From a virus, in IMG/VR virus record IMGVR_UViG_3300032676_000934, positions 3,388-67,387 of that record: a stretch of 64,000 nt of DNA; one strand, 5' to 3'. Position numbers and translations under genes: made by a program. Under the pieces are notes generated by a model. It searched no databases. It saw only the letters and a program-made list of their open reading frames with translations, and had not been told where the DNA came from. Of the stretch, positions 1 through 9,964 are shown piece by piece. How positions within the stretch are numbered: position 1 is the stretch's first letter; every line of letters starts with the position of its first letter.

Positions 1-406
1 CGTTGGCGGCATCGTAGTTCGTGCGCCAGTAGCCCTCGTCGAACCCACGGCCGGCGATATCGAAGGCAAACGTCGTGTCCGGGATCGGGATCGGGACGTA
101 GCGGTCGCGACCGATCCATTGCCCATCAATGTCAAGCTGCGCGCCGACCGCCTCATCGACATCGAAAGCCTGCGGTAGGCCGGCAACGAAGGCCTGCGCA
201 TCCGCGTATGGCTGCACGCCCACCCGCACGGTCGCCTGGAACCGCGCCTTCGCTGGGTTGGCTTGCCACGGCGTGATGAGCGCCATGTAGTCGTCAGCAG
301 CCGGCGTGGCCTTCGCAACCAGCGCGAAGGGATCATAGTCCGCGGTGGGGTAGCCGCCGTCAATCGTGACGGTGGTTGAGTCCGCGCTGACGTTGTAGAC
401 GGCCAT
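1..406 (-). CDS. Baseplate protein, DUF2612-like (truncated by window edge)
   Basis: Own translation from ATG 406: MAVYNVSADS...FDVDEAVGAQLDIDGQWIGRDR; directly downstream of the baseplate J gene. Confidence 0.7.
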   Translation of the reverse strand, partial: MAVYNVSADSTTVTIDGGYPTADYDPFALVAKATPAADDYMALITPWQANPAKARFQATVRVGVQPYADAQAFVAGLPQAFDVDEAVGAQLDIDGQWIGRDRYVPIPIPDTTFAFDIAGRGFDEGYWRTNYDAAN

Positions 407-407
407 G

Positions 408-1619
408 TCAGTTAGCCAGAGGGAGCACGGTCACGGCGATGCTGGCCGGCGAACACAGGGCGGCCTCATAGAAGCCGATCGGCACGTCAACGGCACTCGG
501 CAGCGCGCCATCCCGAGCCTGCGCGAACGAGACGATCTTGAACGTCTTGGATCCCAGCCCGTCGTAGTTCTTGGCGGCGGCGAAGGCCTGATCCAGCTCG
601 ACATCTTCCCCGATCGCCAGCCCGTTCACGAAATCGGCGAGCGCGGCCTTCCAGATGCCCTCAATTGAGGCCGTGTAGCCCCCGAGGTTGCGAACCGTGA
701 CCGCGTAGGTGATCGGCACCTGCGTGAGATAGAAGAACGCCACGTCCTGCGGGATGGATGAGGCATCGATTGGCTGCACGGTCTGCACCGTCGTGCCGAA
801 GGTCGAGACGCCCGGCCCTTTCTTCAATTCGATGATCTGGGCGATGGTGGCGGCATCACCCCCATCAACCACCACCGCGATGGTGTGCCCAGGGATGCCG
901 TTCCGGTCCCGTGTGCTCAGGCCGTTGTCGTAGACCTGAAGCCGATTGACGTTGTCGATGGCAGCCAAGGCGCCCTTGAGACCATCGGTGAGCCGGAGCG
1001 ACGGGAGAGCCGTCGACATCGCCTGCCTCTGACGCAGGGCGCTGTCGCTCTCCACTGGAGCGCCGACTGATGCGGCGGCGGTGTTGGTGACGGATTGCCA
1101 TCCGCGCGTGATGGTGGCGATAGAGCCCTTGCCGTTGGCGGTGTCGATCGCGCCCGCGGAAAGCTGCACCGCTCCGATGGTCTGGCACGTCGCCGTGACG
1201 GTGACCTGCCCCACATCAGGGATCAGAACCACAGGCGGCAACGCCCACTGGTTGCCGGCCGCGTCGGTGACGAACCCGCCATCGATCTCAATCCCGGCTT
1301 GGCCGACGATGAGAAACGGAGCCGTCGAGTAAGAGGCCCGCTTGCGCCGGATGCCGTTCAGCTTGACGTTGCGATCCAGCCCCGTGCCCTGCGCGGTTGA
1401 GGGCGAGAAGCTGTTGTAGGCTGCCAGGGTTTCGCCGTTCGCGTCGTGGATCGCGTTGGCGAGGAGGGCGAGGAACTGCCCATCCTGAGTAGCGGGCTCG
1501 ATGTTGATGTCTTGGCCGTAGATCGCCCGATAGGAGGTCTGCACGTAGGCGAGGCAGTCCGCGAAGGTCGGGCGGATGCAGCCGGCAGCCGTGATCTGGC
1601 AGACAGGGGTAGCGCCCAT
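408..1619 (-). CDS. Baseplate J/gp47-like wedge protein
   Basis: YNSFSPSTAQGTGLD, G-x-R-x-x-A-x-x-S and ESDSALRQR motifs; 403 aa; baseplate position. Confidence 0.85.
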   Translation of the reverse strand: MGATPVCQITAAGCIRPTFADCLAYVQTSYRAIYGQDINIEPATQDGQFLALLANAIHDANGETLAAYNSFSPSTAQGTGLDRNVKLNGIRRKRASYSTAPFLIVGQAGIEIDGGFVTDAAGNQWALPPVVLIPDVGQVTVTATCQTIGAVQLSAGAIDTANGKGSIATITRGWQSVTNTAAASVGAPVESDSALRQRQAMSTALPSLRLTDGLKGALAAIDNVNRLQVYDNGLSTRDRNGIPGHTIAVVVDGGDAATIAQIIELKKGPGVSTFGTTVQTVQPIDASSIPQDVAFFYLTQVPITYAVTVRNLGGYTASIEGIWKAALADFVNGLAIGEDVELDQAFAAAKNYDGLGSKTFKIVSFAQARDGALPSAVDVPIGFYEAALCSPASIAVTVLPLAN

Positions 1620-1621
1620 GC

Positions 1622-2020
1622 TCAGCGACCGTTCTCGACCTTGACGGTGATGTTGGCGGTGTTGGCGCCCTGCCCCGCGAGGTAGGCGCGGGAGTAGACC
1701 GTCTGGATCGTGGCCGAGACGGTGAAGGCGCGGGTTTGGCGGTCAAGGACGCTGCTGTAGGCCTCAATCTCAACTACACCTTGTGTGTCGAGGATGCGAG
1801 CCTGCAGCGCCGGATCGCGCAGCCCTTCGGTCCGCTTGCCGAGCACCTGTTGCTCGTAGGGCGTGCCCTCGGTCCGGTCCAAGTACCACTGCTCCTGCCA
1901 GAGGTTCAGCCGCGCCTCAACGAGGATCCCGACCGCGTCCGGGGTATCACGTTCAATGGAGAGCTGATCGCCCCCGAAACACATATCGCCCGTTCCAGCC
2001 TCGACCTTGCGGATCCGCAT
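1622..2020 (-). CDS. Baseplate wedge/sheath initiator (gp25/W-like)
   Basis: Likely start MRIRKV at 2020; RLNLWQEQWYLDRTEGTPY motif. Confidence 0.7.
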   Translation of the reverse strand: MRIRKVEAGTGDMCFGGDQLSIERDTPDAVGILVEARLNLWQEQWYLDRTEGTPYEQQVLGKRTEGLRDPALQARILDTQGVVEIEAYSSVLDRQTRAFTVSATIQTVYSRAYLAGQGANTANITVKVENGR

Positions 2021-2898
2021 CACTCGTCTCCGAGCGAGGTTATCGCAGCCACGTTCACAGGCGGGGGCACGATGTGGGCGATCTGGCCCGCCACAGAGGC
2101 TGCCATGGCCTCGGCAGCGTCCGGCTGGACGATGGACTGCAGGACGCCCTGGAAGCCGCTGGCGACCCCTTCCTGGCGATATCCGTGAGCATCGAAAGTC
2201 GGAGGCACAGCCAGCGCACCCGCAACGCTCGAAACCGTGGCGATCAGCGGGTGCATCTGCTCCCCGTAGGCCAGAGCGGCGGCCGAGCCGGAGATCACGC
2301 CCCCGATCGTCCCGATCTTGCTGAGCACCCATCCCGTCACGACGTCAGAACTCGTCGTGCCAGACACGACCTGAGACACGAGAACGGGCAGAGCCTGCCG
2401 AATGCCGGCGAGGAGGTTGATCTGCGTGAGCGGCGCCGTGACGGCGTCGATACCGGCATCGGCGGGAAGAGCCGGGCCCGCCATGTCCGCCGTGTTGGCG
2501 TGGCCGAGCATCGCGAAAAAGCCAGTCGCTCCGTTGGTCAGGCCGGCGAGGTTGTCGCCGGAAGCTTGCAACTGGCCGAGGGCATTGCTGAGCCCGGCCC
2601 CTCCGGTGAGCGCGGAGATCAGATCGGAGGGCCCACCACCCGACATGCTCTGAAGCTGCGAGACCTGCGCGTTGATCTGCCCTTGAAGGGCGGTCATCGG
2701 AGCCGCCATCGGGTTCTGCATGACCGACGACAGATTGCCGTCCTGCAGCACCTTCTGCATCATCCCTTGGAGACCGGGGCCACCGTCGAGCCGCTTGGTG
2801 ATGCCGAGCTTTTCGACAAAGACCGTCACGGCCTTCATCAGCGGGGCGCCTCCCTGAAGCTGGAGGTTCTGCCCGAACGGAACGAAGCCGCCGGCCAT
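2020..2898 (-). CDS. Hypothetical virion-associated protein
   Basis: 292 aa, translationally coupled within the baseplate operon. Confidence 0.55.
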   Translation of the reverse strand: MAGGFVPFGQNLQLQGGAPLMKAVTVFVEKLGITKRLDGGPGLQGMMQKVLQDGNLSSVMQNPMAAPMTALQGQINAQVSQLQSMSGGGPSDLISALTGGAGLSNALGQLQASGDNLAGLTNGATGFFAMLGHANTADMAGPALPADAGIDAVTAPLTQINLLAGIRQALPVLVSQVVSGTTSSDVVTGWVLSKIGTIGGVISGSAAALAYGEQMHPLIATVSSVAGALAVPPTFDAHGYRQEGVASGFQGVLQSIVQPDAAEAMAASVAGQIAHIVPPPVNVAAITSLGDE

Positions 2899-3536
2899 CA
2901 GCAGTTGATCAAGATCTTGGAGGCCACGTGCTGGATCGTCATGCCGTCGACCACGTGGCTAGATCCGCCTTTCTGGCTCTGCACGGCCATGCCGTTGACC
3001 TGATGGGCGCTCTGCTCGCGAACGGCGGTCACAGCCGTGTGGCTCACATCGTGGACCGTCTGCTTGTCGTCGGTGCGCGTCTGCGTTGAATTGGGGGAAA
3101 CGCCCTTGAGCTTGTTCGGGTCGGAGCGGACGCCAGGGACGAAGACCGCGTCCCACATGGCATGCTGACGGGTATCGCCCGGCGATTGAACGCCGCCGTT
3201 CTGATGCCAGCCATCTATGCCGAGGGCGGCCGGGACGCTGAAGCCCTCGTTGCCCTGCTTGAGGCCGTAGGTCGTCGTGATGCCGCCGCCGCCCATGAAG
3301 TGGACCGGCACGTCGGGAATGACCGGCAGCGTCACTTCGACCGTCGTGCCGTCCGGCTTCCGTTGGATGGCCTTGGTAGTTGGCTGCAGCTTCGCAGTGT
3401 GGCCGTCCTGGCTGTCCTCGGCCAGCATGACCGGGCCAGACTTGGGCAGGCGCGAGAATACGGCGTCAACAACGGTTTCCAGCAGCTCGGTCTGGTCCTC
3501 GAACCGCTCGCGGATGTCGATTGCGCCGTTCGCCAT
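2898..3536 (-). CDS. Baseplate spike (Gp138/gpV-like)
   Basis: LPVIPDVPVHF...G.EG...RQHAMWDAVFVPG motifs; C-terminal beta repeats. Confidence 0.75.
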   Translation of the reverse strand: MANGAIDIRERFEDQTELLETVVDAVFSRLPKSGPVMLAEDSQDGHTAKLQPTTKAIQRKPDGTTVEVTLPVIPDVPVHFMGGGGITTTYGLKQGNEGFSVPAALGIDGWHQNGGVQSPGDTRQHAMWDAVFVPGVRSDPNKLKGVSPNSTQTRTDDKQTVHDVSHTAVTAVREQSAHQVNGMAVQSQKGGSSHVVDGMTIQHVASKILINC

Positions 3537-3580
3537 TTGATCCCCTTTGAAAGCCACCGGCTCGGGATTAGCTTTAAGCG

Positions 3581-3934
3581 ATGCGCTACGTCATAGCCGC
3601 CGTCGTGACGGCCTTCTTGTCCGTGTCTTCAATCGCCGCGGCTCAGGGGATGCCCGTGCCGCCGCACGATGTGGATCGCGCCTGCGCCAGCCTGAGGGAC
3701 AAAGGGCTGATCGCCAGTTGCGTGCGCGATGAGCAGTTCAGCTACGACGTCGTGACTTCAATCTGGGAGCGGCTATCGCCAGAGCGGCAGCGTGAAAGTT
3801 ACAAGTTCGCTAGCGAACAAGGACCGACCTACCACGCGTTCTACAAATCGCTTTCGCTTTTCGTGACCACCCAGGCCCAGATGCAGCAGCAGGACGATGA
3901 CGTTGCCCGTCCGCTGCCCCGGTTCCAGAGGTAA
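3581..3934 (+). CDS. Secreted hypothetical protein (moron)
   Basis: Signal peptide, two Cys; opposite strand to the tail operon. Confidence 0.65.
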   Translation: MRYVIAAVVTAFLSVSSIAAAQGMPVPPHDVDRACASLRDKGLIASCVRDEQFSYDVVTSIWERLSPERQRESYKFASEQGPTYHAFYKSLSLFVTTQAQMQQQDDDVARPLPRFQR

Positions 3935-3943
3935 CGAGACGCT

Positions 3944-4288
3944 ATGCGCTACGCCCTCGCCGCCGCTATTTTCTCACTATCTGTTTCGGCCGTCGCTGCG
4001 GGGCCCATGCCGCGGGTGCCAAAGGGCGCGTTCTACTACGAGGCCCGCAACAGTCTGACCGCGCTTGGCTGGCAGCCCGCACCGCTCCCCGCCGACAAGC
4101 GCGGTTGCAGTGATGGTCGGGAAGATGTGTGCGATCGATATCCCGAAACCGCGGCTTGCTCTGGGACAGGGCTCGCGCTCTGCACCTTCTTATGGAAGCG
4201 AGGCGAAACCCTTGCCGAGGTGACAACCTACGGCGAGGAGGTCGACATGATCCGCGTCCGATCTGTGCAATGTCGGGCCGGTTGTTAG
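3944..4288 (+). CDS. Secreted Cys-rich hypothetical protein (moron)
   Basis: Signal peptide, six Cys, YPETAACSGTG..CTFLW; convergent with the tape measure gene. Confidence 0.7.
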   Translation: MRYALAAAIFSLSVSAVAAGPMPRVPKGAFYYEARNSLTALGWQPAPLPADKRGCSDGREDVCDRYPETAACSGTGLALCTFLWKRGETLAEVTTYGEEVDMIRVRSVQCRAGC

Positions 4289-6462
4289 ACCGTCGCCGAC
4301 TGAGCATTCGCCAAGGCCAGATTGTGCATCCGGCCAAATGCGTTCTCCATGATCCCGGCTGCCTGTTTCGGGTTCTCGGCGCCCGTGATGGTCGTCTTGT
4401 TGTGAAACGTCTGCGTGACCGTCTTGGTGGAGTTCCCGCCGCTGTTGACCACCGAGGATGATGCTTCCGGCGCGGGCTTCATGTAGTCCCCCGCGTTGAA
4501 GCCCGGCATCTGCATCATGCGCGGCACGCCGGGGATATGGATCTGCGGCGGGGCGGTTGAGCCGTCCGCACCCTTCACCTCAATCTTAGGCGCCTTGATC
4601 TCAATCGGCTGCCGCTCAAGCGGCATCGTGGATGCCTTGGGATCCACCTTCTGCATCAGGGCGACGGCCGTCGCGTTCTTCGCACCGACGAGCGAAGCCC
4701 ACTCGTTTTGCAGACCTACAGGATCAGCACCGCGTTGCCGTGCTAGATTAGCTCCGATCCGGTCCTGCAGCTTCTCGTCATATAGGTCGGTTCCCTTCAA
4801 GCCCAGCTTATCGCGCTGCGCCCTGAGGGTTGTTCGCACCACCTGATACCGACCGATGGCGCTGCTATTCCAGCGGTTGGCAGGGTTCCGGAGCATGCCC
4901 GTCTGTAGGGCATCAATCTGGTCAAGGGTAAGTTTGGTCAGATCCTGCTCCTTCCCACCAGGGAGAAGCAGCCCGTTCGCCAGTGAGGTGTTATAGCCCC
5001 CGCCGGGCCGGTGCGCCGTCCCTTCAGAACGCGCGATGTGATCCAAGACATCCTTGTAGGCGCCAGGATTGGCCGCCACACCGCCGGACTGATCGCCTCG
5101 CATGGCACGAGCCACGCGGGCACGGAGACCACCGCGAGCGTTCGCAGGCTCGTTGGGGTCAGGCTTGCCGCCCAAGATTGTCGGGGCGTAGCGCTGATAT
5201 ATTGATCGGGTGTCCCGAACCGGCCCCGCAGTTGCTCCGGGCGTGACCACGACACCGGGACCGCCTCCATTGGCCCGCTCGAAGGCTGCAGGCCCAGCTA
5301 GGATGCTTGTGATGGTTTTGTCGTAGGCCCCCAAGATGGTTGAGAGCTGAGTGACCCCGGCGATCTTTTTGAGAACGCCGAAGATCGTCTCAAATGCGTT
5401 CGCGATGGCTTTGACGCGGTCCGCGAAGGCGTCCCAGCGCTTCATGAACGCGTCGCCCTCATTGCCCGCGAACCATGTGACCATGGCGCTGAGCTTTTCG
5501 GCGAGCCAGACGACGGCATCCGAGATGCCGCGCATGATGCGCTCGACCTTCTCAGGGTTCGCCGAGATCCATTCCTGAAACCGCTTGACGATCTGCTCCA
5601 GCGCCGGTGCGAGGCTGACCATCAGCTTGTCACCGAGCGCCGACACCGTCGCCTGAAGGCGCGTGAGCGTGCGCTGGAATGCCATGGAGGCGTCGGCGGC
5701 CTCCTTGCTGTTGATGCCCAGCGCCTTGGTCGTGGCATCGTACTCGGCCCGGTACTCCTTCACCTTGGCCGCATACTGCGTCAGGAGCTTGTAGTCCTCC
5801 TCCGAGATGCCGAGCATGCCGGCTTCGCGGCTGCCGACCTGATACTCGTGCTTTGACAGCGCATCGACCGTGTCGAGGAGCTGATCGGCCATGTCCTTGG
5901 TCGTGTCGACGCCAAGGCTCTTGACGTAGCTCTTGAGGCCGTCGTTCGTCCGCAGGGCCTGTGCGAACTTCTCGACGGCGCTGACCGCCTGCTGCGACGA
6001 ACCGCCGACCTGCTTGAACGCGTAGCCGAGCGAGTTGAGGCTCTGCACCGAGGCGCCGGTTCGCGCTGACACGAAGCCGAGGTTGTCGAACGCCTGAGTA
6101 ACCCGGTTCACCGCGTAGCTGATCGCCGTCGCTGCGGCCGTGGCAGCCAGCGCCAGCCGGCTCATGCCGGCCATGAACTCCTTGTTCCGCTCCTCGCGCT
6201 TGCGGGCAGTCTCCTTCTCGGCCTTCTCGCGCTCCTGCGCAGTCGCGAGGGCGGCGCGGGCCTCCTTCAAGTTCGCTTCGCGGGTGAGCTTGGCGATCTC
6301 GTCGGCGGTCTTGGCGCCTTCCCAGCGCGCATCCTCAATCCGCTTCTCAGCGTCACGCACCGCCTTTTCATAGTCGGCGACCGACTTTTTGGCGGTGTTG
6401 AGCGAGCCCTGGTTCACATCGAAGCCGAGGGCTACGAGGAACGAGGCAATGGTGTTATCCAT
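4285..6462 (-). CDS. Tape measure protein with C-terminal lysozyme-like domain
   Basis: N-terminal FLVALGFDV and coiled coil; C-terminal LDHIARSEGT..YNT...SSAIGRYQ muramidase-like motifs. Confidence 0.8.
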   Translation of the reverse strand: MDNTIASFLVALGFDVNQGSLNTAKKSVADYEKAVRDAEKRIEDARWEGAKTADEIAKLTREANLKEARAALATAQEREKAEKETARKREERNKEFMAGMSRLALAATAAATAISYAVNRVTQAFDNLGFVSARTGASVQSLNSLGYAFKQVGGSSQQAVSAVEKFAQALRTNDGLKSYVKSLGVDTTKDMADQLLDTVDALSKHEYQVGSREAGMLGISEEDYKLLTQYAAKVKEYRAEYDATTKALGINSKEAADASMAFQRTLTRLQATVSALGDKLMVSLAPALEQIVKRFQEWISANPEKVERIMRGISDAVVWLAEKLSAMVTWFAGNEGDAFMKRWDAFADRVKAIANAFETIFGVLKKIAGVTQLSTILGAYDKTITSILAGPAAFERANGGGPGVVVTPGATAGPVRDTRSIYQRYAPTILGGKPDPNEPANARGGLRARVARAMRGDQSGGVAANPGAYKDVLDHIARSEGTAHRPGGGYNTSLANGLLLPGGKEQDLTKLTLDQIDALQTGMLRNPANRWNSSAIGRYQVVRTTLRAQRDKLGLKGTDLYDEKLQDRIGANLARQRGADPVGLQNEWASLVGAKNATAVALMQKVDPKASTMPLERQPIEIKAPKIEVKGADGSTAPPQIHIPGVPRMMQMPGFNAGDYMKPAPEASSSVVNSGGNSTKTVTQTFHNKTTITGAENPKQAAGIMENAFGRMHNLALANAQSATV

Positions 6463-7423
6463 TCGGCGTGCCTATGCCGCGCGCTGCCATGGCTGGCGAG
6501 ATAGAGCCCGCCGAGGTGGCGACGGCCACGAAGTTGGTGAAGAACGGCTCGCCGCAGGTGTCGCCGAGATGCCCGACGTAGAAGACCTTGTAGGTGCCAT
6601 CCGCCGAGATGCCGAAGCGCTGAAGCTGCGCGTTGTTCGGTGCGCCCGTGATGCTCGGGTCGAACTCGGCTTGCTGGATGGCCTTCTGATCAATCTGAAC
6701 CGTGCAGCCGGGCACAATCTGGCCGTTGAGAAGGGCCACGCCCTCAATGCCCTGGATGGTCTGGACGGGCAGGCCAACCAGCCCGGTCTTGCTGTTCAGG
6801 ACGATGACGCCACCAGGGAGCGGCTTATCGTTGGCAAGGATCTGCAGCTTGCCGTTCTGGATAGACCACGAGGTTTTGGTCGCCTGAGCGGTCTGCCGTA
6901 ACCAGTCCTTGGCGTTCCCGAACAGGGCGCAGCCACGCGGGAACTTGACCTTGGAAAGCGCATCCTTGTCGATGTAGCCGAGCCCGATGCCGAGCGCCTT
7001 CATGGGCTCGTAGCAGGCCATAGCGCGGTCGTAGTGGGTGTGGCCGCTGGAGAGTGTCTTGTTAACCACCGCATAGTTGCGCGGCGTGCTGCCATCGGTG
7101 GCTAGGATCGCCAGCACCTTGTCGGTCACGTCCGCCCGCAGGTTGCGAGCCTGCCGGATCTCGCCCTTGAACAGGACGTAGATGGGCTCGCCGACGTACC
7201 CGGCCGAGAGCGTCACGGTCTTGCCGACGTAGAAGGCCGGCTGCGTGCTGCTGTCCGCCAGGTTGAAGATGCCGATGCGCGCCACGTTCGGCGTGCTCGC
7301 ATCCTTCTGCGTCGTCTCAAAGGTGATCCGGAGGCCCTGGCCGCCGTTCTCGTCGCCAACATAAGTGAAGGTTTTGCCGCCTTCGATCTGAACCGAGACC
7401 GTGCGAAGGTACTGCTCACCCAT
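6455..7423 (-). CDS. Baseplate hub protein
   Basis: 322 aa; I.IFNL, LSAGY, WSIQNG, TGLVGLP motifs; adjacent to tape measure. Confidence 0.75.
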   Translation of the reverse strand: MGEQYLRTVSVQIEGGKTFTYVGDENGGQGLRITFETTQKDASTPNVARIGIFNLADSSTQPAFYVGKTVTLSAGYVGEPIYVLFKGEIRQARNLRADVTDKVLAILATDGSTPRNYAVVNKTLSSGHTHYDRAMACYEPMKALGIGLGYIDKDALSKVKFPRGCALFGNAKDWLRQTAQATKTSWSIQNGKLQILANDKPLPGGVIVLNSKTGLVGLPVQTIQGIEGVALLNGQIVPGCTVQIDQKAIQQAEFDPSITGAPNNAQLQRFGISADGTYKVFYVGHLGDTCGEPFFTNFVAVATSAGSISPAMAARGIGTPNG

Positions 7424-7426
7424 GGG

Positions 7427-7768
7427 TCAGGGCGCAACGTAGTAGAGGTGCGAGGTCACGCCGAGACCGTCGAAGGTCGGCACCTCGCCCGCGCCCCGAT
7501 CCGTCGTCACGAGGAGCGCGCCAGGGATGCCAAGGTAGCGGTACTGCGAGAGCAGATCGACGCCGGTCACCATCGGGATGCCGGCCACGAGCAGCGCCCC
7601 ATTCGCATCACCGATGTCGAGCACCCAGCAGCCATCCTGCGCCACGTTGTAGGTGAGCCGCATGTTGTAGAGCGTGCCGCTCAGCGTGATGGTGAAGCGC
7701 TGAGCCTGCGACGGCTTCAGCGGGATCTCGACAGCCGTTGTCACGTCAGAAGCCGGGGTTTCCGCCAC
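7427..7768 (-). CDS. Baseplate plug-like protein
   Basis: QRFTITLSG..Y..WVLDI..GIPMVTGVDLLSQY; start may be the GTG near 7744. Confidence 0.7.
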   Translation of the reverse strand: MAETPASDVTTAVEIPLKPSQAQRFTITLSGTLYNMRLTYNVAQDGCWVLDIGDANGALLVAGIPMVTGVDLLSQYRYLGIPGALLVTTDRGAGEVPTFDGLGVTSHLYYVAP

Positions 7769-8513
7769 CGAAGACGTTGAGCGGTAGGGCTGGCTCCGGA
7801 CCCTGGTTCAGGATCTCGCCTGTCTCTCCGTCTTGGATGGTCATCTCGCCGACGTCGACCGAGTAATTTGACGCGCTTAGGCCGCTTAGACCCTCACCGA
7901 CCGCGCCGCCGAGGCCGAGGTCGCCGGGTTGAGCCGTGCTGCCTGGGCTGAAAGCGCCCGAGAAGGCCTGCGGGCCGACATCTACGGTGGAGACGCTGCC
8001 GCCGTTCGTGACGCTGCCGGTAGAGGCGGGGTTAGCCTGGTCGGCGTTGCTGCCCGGCGTGCCACTGGCGCCGCCCTGCCCCACCCCCGTGCTTGTCGTC
8101 TGGGTCGAGACGATGACGATCTCCTGCAAGGCGACGGACGCCATGAGGATGTTTTCGGAATGCCCATCGGTCACGACGGAGATGCCGCGGATGATCATGT
8201 TCCGGTAGCGACGCTTGCCGGTGTAGACCGTGAACGGCTGCCGGGCGAGCTGTAGCGCCAGCAGCGCGCGATACTGCTCCTGCACGTATCCGACATAGCC
8301 GGCCGTCGAGTTCGAGAACCCGCAGCGGATTTCCAGTTCGGCCGGTCGCTTAAAGGCGTGGTCCGTGATCACCCCGCCGCCCTCGACCGGGTGCTGAGTG
8401 ATGATGACCTCGTCCCGGTGGTTCTCTTCAACCGTCACATCGGCGTAGATCTGGCCGATGGCGCGGGCGCTGGGCTGGATCAGCGCGTAGGAGAGTTCAC
8501 CGAGAAGGGACAT
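7746..8513 (-). CDS. Baseplate/tail tube initiator (Dit-like)
   Basis: EENHRDEVIITQHPVEGGGVITDHA and PFTVYTGKRRY motifs. Confidence 0.75.
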   Translation of the reverse strand: MSLLGELSYALIQPSARAIGQIYADVTVEENHRDEVIITQHPVEGGGVITDHAFKRPAELEIRCGFSNSTAGYVGYVQEQYRALLALQLARQPFTVYTGKRRYRNMIIRGISVVTDGHSENILMASVALQEIVIVSTQTTSTGVGQGGASGTPGSNADQANPASTGSVTNGGSVSTVDVGPQAFSGAFSPGSTAQPGDLGLGGAVGEGLSGLSASNYSVDVGEMTIQDGETGEILNQGPEPALPLNVFGGGNPGF

Positions 8514-8538
8514 GCACCGCCCTCCCCGGCCGGTTGCG

Positions 8539-8835
8539 TCAGGTTCGTCGGGGCTTCAGCAAATCGCGCAGCGGGTCGCTATCTCGACCGAGCGGCTGCA
8601 AGGGCTTGGCGAGGGACAGGGCTTCGGCTGCGATGGCCTTCGGATTTTCAGCGCCGCCTGCGATCTGACTGAGCGCCGCGCCGTATTCCTCAAGGGCCTG
8701 AGCCGCCTCGCCGCAGACGGTCTCCTGCGCCGGAATGCCCTTCAGATCCTGAGCCAGATCTTCGGCCTCATCGCGCAGTTCCTCGACCAACTCCACAACG
8801 GAGCGTCGGTCAGGATGGCGGGGCGGTATCGGCAT
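8539..8835 (-). CDS. Hypothetical protein
   Basis: 98 aa ORF in operon orientation. Confidence 0.45.
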   Translation of the reverse strand: MPIPPRHPDRRSVVELVEELRDEAEDLAQDLKGIPAQETVCGEAAQALEEYGAALSQIAGGAENPKAIAAEALSLAKPLQPLGRDSDPLRDLLKPRRT

Positions 8836-8873
8836 TCAGAGGGCGTAGCACCCGAACGCGAGACACGGAAGCA

Positions 8874-9050
8874 TCACCCGCCGTTGGGCTTGTTGGCGTC
8901 GTGCAGCCGCCAGCGGTTCTCCGCGTTGGCGCGCATCATATCGTTGATCTCGGCGATGTCCTCAATCTGGATGACGCCGGTCTTGAGGTCCGCGTAGCTG
9001 TAGTAGCCGAACTCGATGGGCTGGAGATACCACTCCTCGCTGTCCGGCAT
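8874..9050 (-). CDS. Tail assembly chaperone, downstream (GT-like) part
   Basis: 58 aa, below ORF-track cutoff: MPDSEEWYLQPIEFGYYSYADLKTG..IEDIAEINDMM; lies in the -1 frame of the upstream chaperone. Confidence 0.7.
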   Translation of the reverse strand: MPDSEEWYLQPIEFGYYSYADLKTGVIQIEDIAEINDMMRANAENRWRLHDANKPNGG

Positions 9051-9055
9051 TTGGA

Positions 9056-9475
9056 CTAGTTCGGTAGCTGGAACTGGCCCCCGCCGCTGAAAAGCAAGGG
9101 GGCTTCGAGAAAAAGCGGGTAATAGTTGTCGTACAGAACCTCAGTGCTGATCCTGAGGATCAGGAGGCCGTTTTCCTGGATGTCTTTGAACATGAACGTC
9201 AGGCCGTCTGAGGCTTTGATCTTAGCCCAGCGTTGCCCGTCCTGCTTCATCTCGACGACGGCGAGCGTCCTGTCGAGGATGTAATTGAGCTTGTCGTCCT
9301 CAAGGCTGCTCAGCCCCTCGATGACGGCGGACGCAACCTCCGGGGTCATCCCGCCTTTCAGCCCTTTGAAGAGGGGTGCGATGATCGGCGAGGCGCGGCG
9401 CAGCACGTGGATCTGCGTCAGGCCCACCATCTTGCCGGAGCGGTAGGTGACGCCCTTGATGTCGAACTCAGCCAC
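9056..9475 (-). CDS. Tail assembly chaperone
   Basis: Directly after the tail tube gene; EFDIKG.TYR..K...QIHVLRR pattern. Confidence 0.7.
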   Translation of the reverse strand: MAEFDIKGVTYRSGKMVGLTQIHVLRRASPIIAPLFKGLKGGMTPEVASAVIEGLSSLEDDKLNYILDRTLAVVEMKQDGQRWAKIKASDGLTFMFKDIQENGLLILRISTEVLYDNYYPLFLEAPLLFSGGGQFQLPN

Positions 9476-9484
9476 GGCCTAACC

Positions 9485-9949
9485 TCACAGGGCCAACTGG
9501 CCGTCGCCGAGCTTGATATCAATGGCCGTGAAGATGATGACCCACTCTCTCACGCCGCCTTCCATGGCATAGGTGATGTCAGGGATCTTCAGGATCGAAC
9601 CATACTGGCACGAGATTACGTCGCCTGAGACAACGTTTGAGATGTCGATCATATTCTGGCCCGCGCCGCCAGCACCGCCATTCTCGTTCTGAACGAGATA
9701 GAGATCCATCAGCTGACGGTTCTTCGGGCTGTTCTGCAGATAGCGCACAGTCACTCGACCATGCTTGGCGGCATGGACGCTGTGCATGCCGCCGCCCCCA
9801 GCGCCTGGAGTGTAAGTGATTTTGTCTTCTGCCATAGCGACAGTAATGCCCTCGTTGGCGATGGCGCCGTCAGAGAGCGAGAAATTACCGCCCGGCCCTT
9901 CAATGGCGGCGTTCACGTCAACGAGGCTGTATGCGATAGGCGCGGCCAT
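9485..9949 (-). CDS. Tail tube protein (DUF3277-like)
   Basis: YSL.DV.AAI.GP, EGITV, MHS, L.NSP.N motifs; follows the sheath gene. Confidence 0.8.
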   Translation of the reverse strand: MAAPIAYSLVDVNAAIEGPGGNFSLSDGAIANEGITVAMAEDKITYTPGAGGGGMHSVHAAKHGRVTVRYLQNSPKNRQLMDLYLVQNENGGAGGAGQNMIDISNVVSGDVISCQYGSILKIPDITYAMEGGVREWVIIFTAIDIKLGDGQLAL

Positions 9950-9964
9950 AATTCGTCCTCAGGC

